This document shows, one piece after another, positions 60,740 to 64,000 of a DNA stretch of 64,000 nucleotides. Numbering within the stretch: the stretch's first letter is position 1; every line of letters starts with the position of its first letter. The stretch covers positions 12,945,807-13,009,806 of the forward strand of contig NC_134031.1 in the NCBI RefSeq assembly GCF_964204645.1. The letters run 5' to 3'. The stretch is from Tubulanus polymorphus (taxonomy: Eukaryota > Animalia > Nemertea). Below the pieces are notes generated by a model, which did no database searches, was not told where the DNA came from, and saw only the letters and a list, made by a program, of their open reading frames with translations. The position numbers and the translations under genes are program-made.

Positions 60740-62200
60740 TCAGCTAACTAAAACGTTCAGTGGTAAGGTCATCTCACTGCCGAATGTCATGAAAATGGCG
60801 TTTCGCCAGTCGATTCCTGCACACTGGAACGAAAAGCCATCAAACATGTCATTCGCCGTCGTGGTCAACATTGATTTTATAGACTTGTTAAAATTCTTGA
60901 CCTGGCCGCTTCCCATGGGGTGATAGGCCGTCGTTCTGGTCTTTTCAATCTCAAGCAGGCTCAACATCTCACTGAAGAGTCCAGATTCAAAATTGGATCC
61001 ACGGTCCGAATGAATACTTTCGGGGCATCCGTAGCGTGTGATCCACTCGTTCACAACCTTCCTGGCAACTGTTGGTGCTTTCCGGTTTCTAGCCGGCCAG
61101 GCCTCAACCCACTTGGTGAAAGCGTTCTGCACCACAATGATATAAACGTTCCCACGTTTTGTTCGTTGCAGTGGGCCAACAATGTCGATATGCAGCCTTT
61201 GCTACCGATTGGCGTTGGTACCAGTGGCGCTTTAGGTCGTTTAGGAGGGTTTTTGCATTGCTGACATTTACGGCACTGCTTGACAAAGCTATTGACTGCC
61301 TTTGCCAGTCCAAAACACCAAATATTTTACGTTCTGTCTTAGTGGTCCCTAAGTGCCTACCGGATATACCATTATGGAGGTGTGACCTTAGGTAATAGCA
61401 CATTTGGCAGAACTACCCGGTTTTTGGCTAATCTGGCACCAGGAGGTGGTTTCAGAACAAGCAGGTTTTCTACCACAGCCAAGCGTTCAAATTCGCCCAA
61501 AAGAATCCTCGCGTTCGAACCATACTGACGCAGGGAATCAGAGTTTGGCTTTAATTGCAAACCCTTTCGGACTAATTCCTTGACTACTCTTATGTCATCA
61601 TCGGTATCCTGAGCATCACCAATCTTGACCTGAGTTAGAACATCCCCTATACCAATCGTTTGCACGAATGACACTGTTGGAATTCCGGTGTCGCCGCAAC
61701 TAGGGAAATCCCCATTACGCTTGACCCTCTTGGGAATCCGCGAGAGTGAATCAGCGTTTTGGTGATTGCGCCCGGGCCTGTGCTCAATGTCGAAATCGTA
61801 GTCCGCCAGCCTTTCATTCCAGCGGATGACTTGGTCTGATTGAATATTGGATGACCGAAGCCACCTAAGGGCTGCGTGGTCAGTCTGGACAAGGAACTTA
61901 CCGCCCAATAAGTAGTGGCGGAAATAGTCAATTGATTCGAATAGAGCAAGCATTTCTCGCTTCGCAATGGTTCTCCTCCCCGCCTCTCGAAACTCGACCC
62001 CCATATGCTATTACCTGTTCTGTGTGATCGCCTTGCAACTGTGAAAGAACTGAACCTATAGCCCAGTTACTAGCATCACAATCAACTATGAATTTCCCCG
62101 ATCCCTCTGAAAAGTCAGGGAAAGCCAGTACTGGAGGGCTTGTCAATGCAGATTTAATTTCTTCGAATGCTCGTAACGTAAACGGTCGTAATAATGGCGG
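60740..62200 (-). pseudogene. Gypsy pol fragment (RNase H and integrase), degraded
   Basis: CDASNWAIGSVL, TDHAALRWL, HSDRGSNFES, TTAYHP. Confidence 0.92.
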
Positions 62201-62485
62201 ACGGGTCAAGTCCACCATTGAGTTAACTCTGTTAAATTTTCATGGATATCTGACATCAGAGGGATTTATGATGGATTATAGTTCACTCATTATGAGGTAA
62301 ATAATGTTCACCAAAATCAACAAGGAACGTTGTGGTGTATAGTAAAGCAGTATGGTCGTAGTAGAACTTTTGTTAACTCTAGTCTGGTAGTAAACAGTTA
62401 TATTAGTCTGTGTAAACAGTTTTATACACCGTGACTGCGCAAAATCAAAGCTATAATCGAGGACAAATTCGAGAAACTTAATTCT

Positions 62486-63120
62486 ATGGTTTTTGATATT
62501 AATAAAAGCATGGACGATTTCAAAGAATCAGTATCCAGAAGATTCCACTCCATAGATACTCAACTAGAAGATATGAATATCCGATCCATCAATATAGAAA
62601 AAAAACACCAGGAAATGAATGATATCCTAGCACAGATAGGTTCTATCCAGGAGGAAGCAGAAATGTACCCGCGGCGCAATTCCATCAGAATATTCAATCT
62701 ACAGGAAGTAAAGATGAAAACTGTTCAGAGGCGTGCATTCAACTCTTCAAGGAGAAGCTTGATATTAATTTCAATAGTTCTGATTTCGACCGCGTTCATC
62801 GAGTGGGCCCAATATCAAAAGATCCGAGAATAAAACGTCACATTATTGTAAAGTTCGTGAGACATACCGACAAGGAACTTGTATCAAAGAACAGGAAAAA
62901 ACAGAAACAGTAAAACTACAATATCTGAAGACCTTACTAAAGCTAGAGCGTCGTTTCTGAAACATCTGTTTAAAAATTCTAGCGTAGCATCATCGTGGTA
63001 GTTTGATGGAAAAATCTTTATTAAGTTATTAAACAGTGATGTAAAGCATATTGTGAGAGGATACGAGGATCTAGAAAATCTGTTGCGTAATCATCAAAAA
63101 AAGGTCAATAATTATTTTGT
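62486..63120 (+). pseudogene. LINE ORF1-like remnant
   Basis: Coiled coil then RRNSIRIFNL; shifted frames give DRVHRVG, IIVKF, ISEDLT. Confidence 0.75.
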
Positions 63121-63699
63121 GTATCGGCAGCTTATATTTTTCCACTATTTGTAACAACGCTTATGCATATGTTGACTCGTGAATATAAATCATATTTATC
63201 GGCTTCTTTCCAACAGCTCAAATACTAGTTTACGAATCCTTATTTAGCAAATAATGTATTTCAATTGGATTACAAATTCTATTCATAGGGCAACATATAA
63301 AGTGTCGCTCTGTCAACTGTGACTCAAATGTTCTCATATGATATATGATCATTCATATAGAACTATTTAGATTATCAATACTATAAGTATTACTAACTGA
63401 GTGTTATACCCGCGTTCTCACGTCAGTATCCTCAGGCAGCTTTCCTAAATTACATTACTTTTTTTTTTCTTTTCTAGTTGTGTTCTACTTAATATTGAAT
63501 ATTATTTGATAATATTTTTTCATTTTATGTACATTAATAGTAACATATATGTACAATCGTTCTTTTTCTGTGTTTAGCTAAGTTATGAACGTGAAAAATA
63601 CTTTTTTAATGTGTCTAGGCAACACCGATTTTTTCAAATGGTTAGAGCAACGTACTAAAGATCAAAACCTATTTCTTGATTCAATGAGGATTCCGTTTT

Positions 63700-64000
63700 A
63701 GAAAGAAATAAATGTCCGTATCTTGAACCTTTGGAACTTAAAAGAAAACTGGACGTAGGTCCTGGTAATCTTAACATACTACAATTAAACATCCATAGTC
63801 TACATTCAAAAATGGATCAACTGAAAATTAAAATCGAAAACCTTAATCGCCAGGATTTAACTTTAGATTTGATTATGATCTGCGAAACATTTCTAACAGA
63901 CAAAAATGCATCCCTATGTACTTTACCTAATTATAACCTTATAGAGAACCATAGGTCTAAAATATCACAGGGAGGAGTTGCTATCTATATACATAATAAT
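63700..64000 (+). mobile_element. LINE (CR1/L2-like) ORF2 AP-endonuclease start, runs off window
   Basis: LNILQLNIHSL..DLIMICETFL..GGVAIYI. Confidence 0.85.

Overview
Eukaryotic (probably animal), transposon-dense window dominated by three related, very AT-rich Maverick/Polinton (adintovirus-like) endogenous viruses: A (2737 to ~16940, right end missing), B (24626-42513, TSD ACTGTG) and C (42603-59794, TSD AGCCTA). Each carries pPolB, penton, double jelly-roll MCP, retroviral-type integrase with chromodomain, A32/FtsK packaging ATPase and several membrane-protein genes; I see no adenain-type protease. All three have some stops or frameshifts. Most unusual: (1) a full-length LAGLIDADG intein in the catalytic YFD-TD motif of element C pPolB, with two intein-free alleles nearby; (2) TIRs of A and B that are themselves long fold-back palindromes, with G-T-only mismatches in B on the strand that could self-prime; (3) a poxvirus-like TAAATG start on nearly every gene plus VLTF3-like and giant-virus-type HNH genes, suggesting a virophage-like dependence on a large DNA virus; (4) a 27-bp palindromic micro-element inserted in frame in two genes; (5) an inverted right arm in B and structured non-coding hairpins. 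Flanks hold a P-like MITE, LTR-like DNA, a rearranged Gypsy and a LINE 5' end. Protein calls are by motif recognition only; no searches were run and novelty was not checked against the literature.
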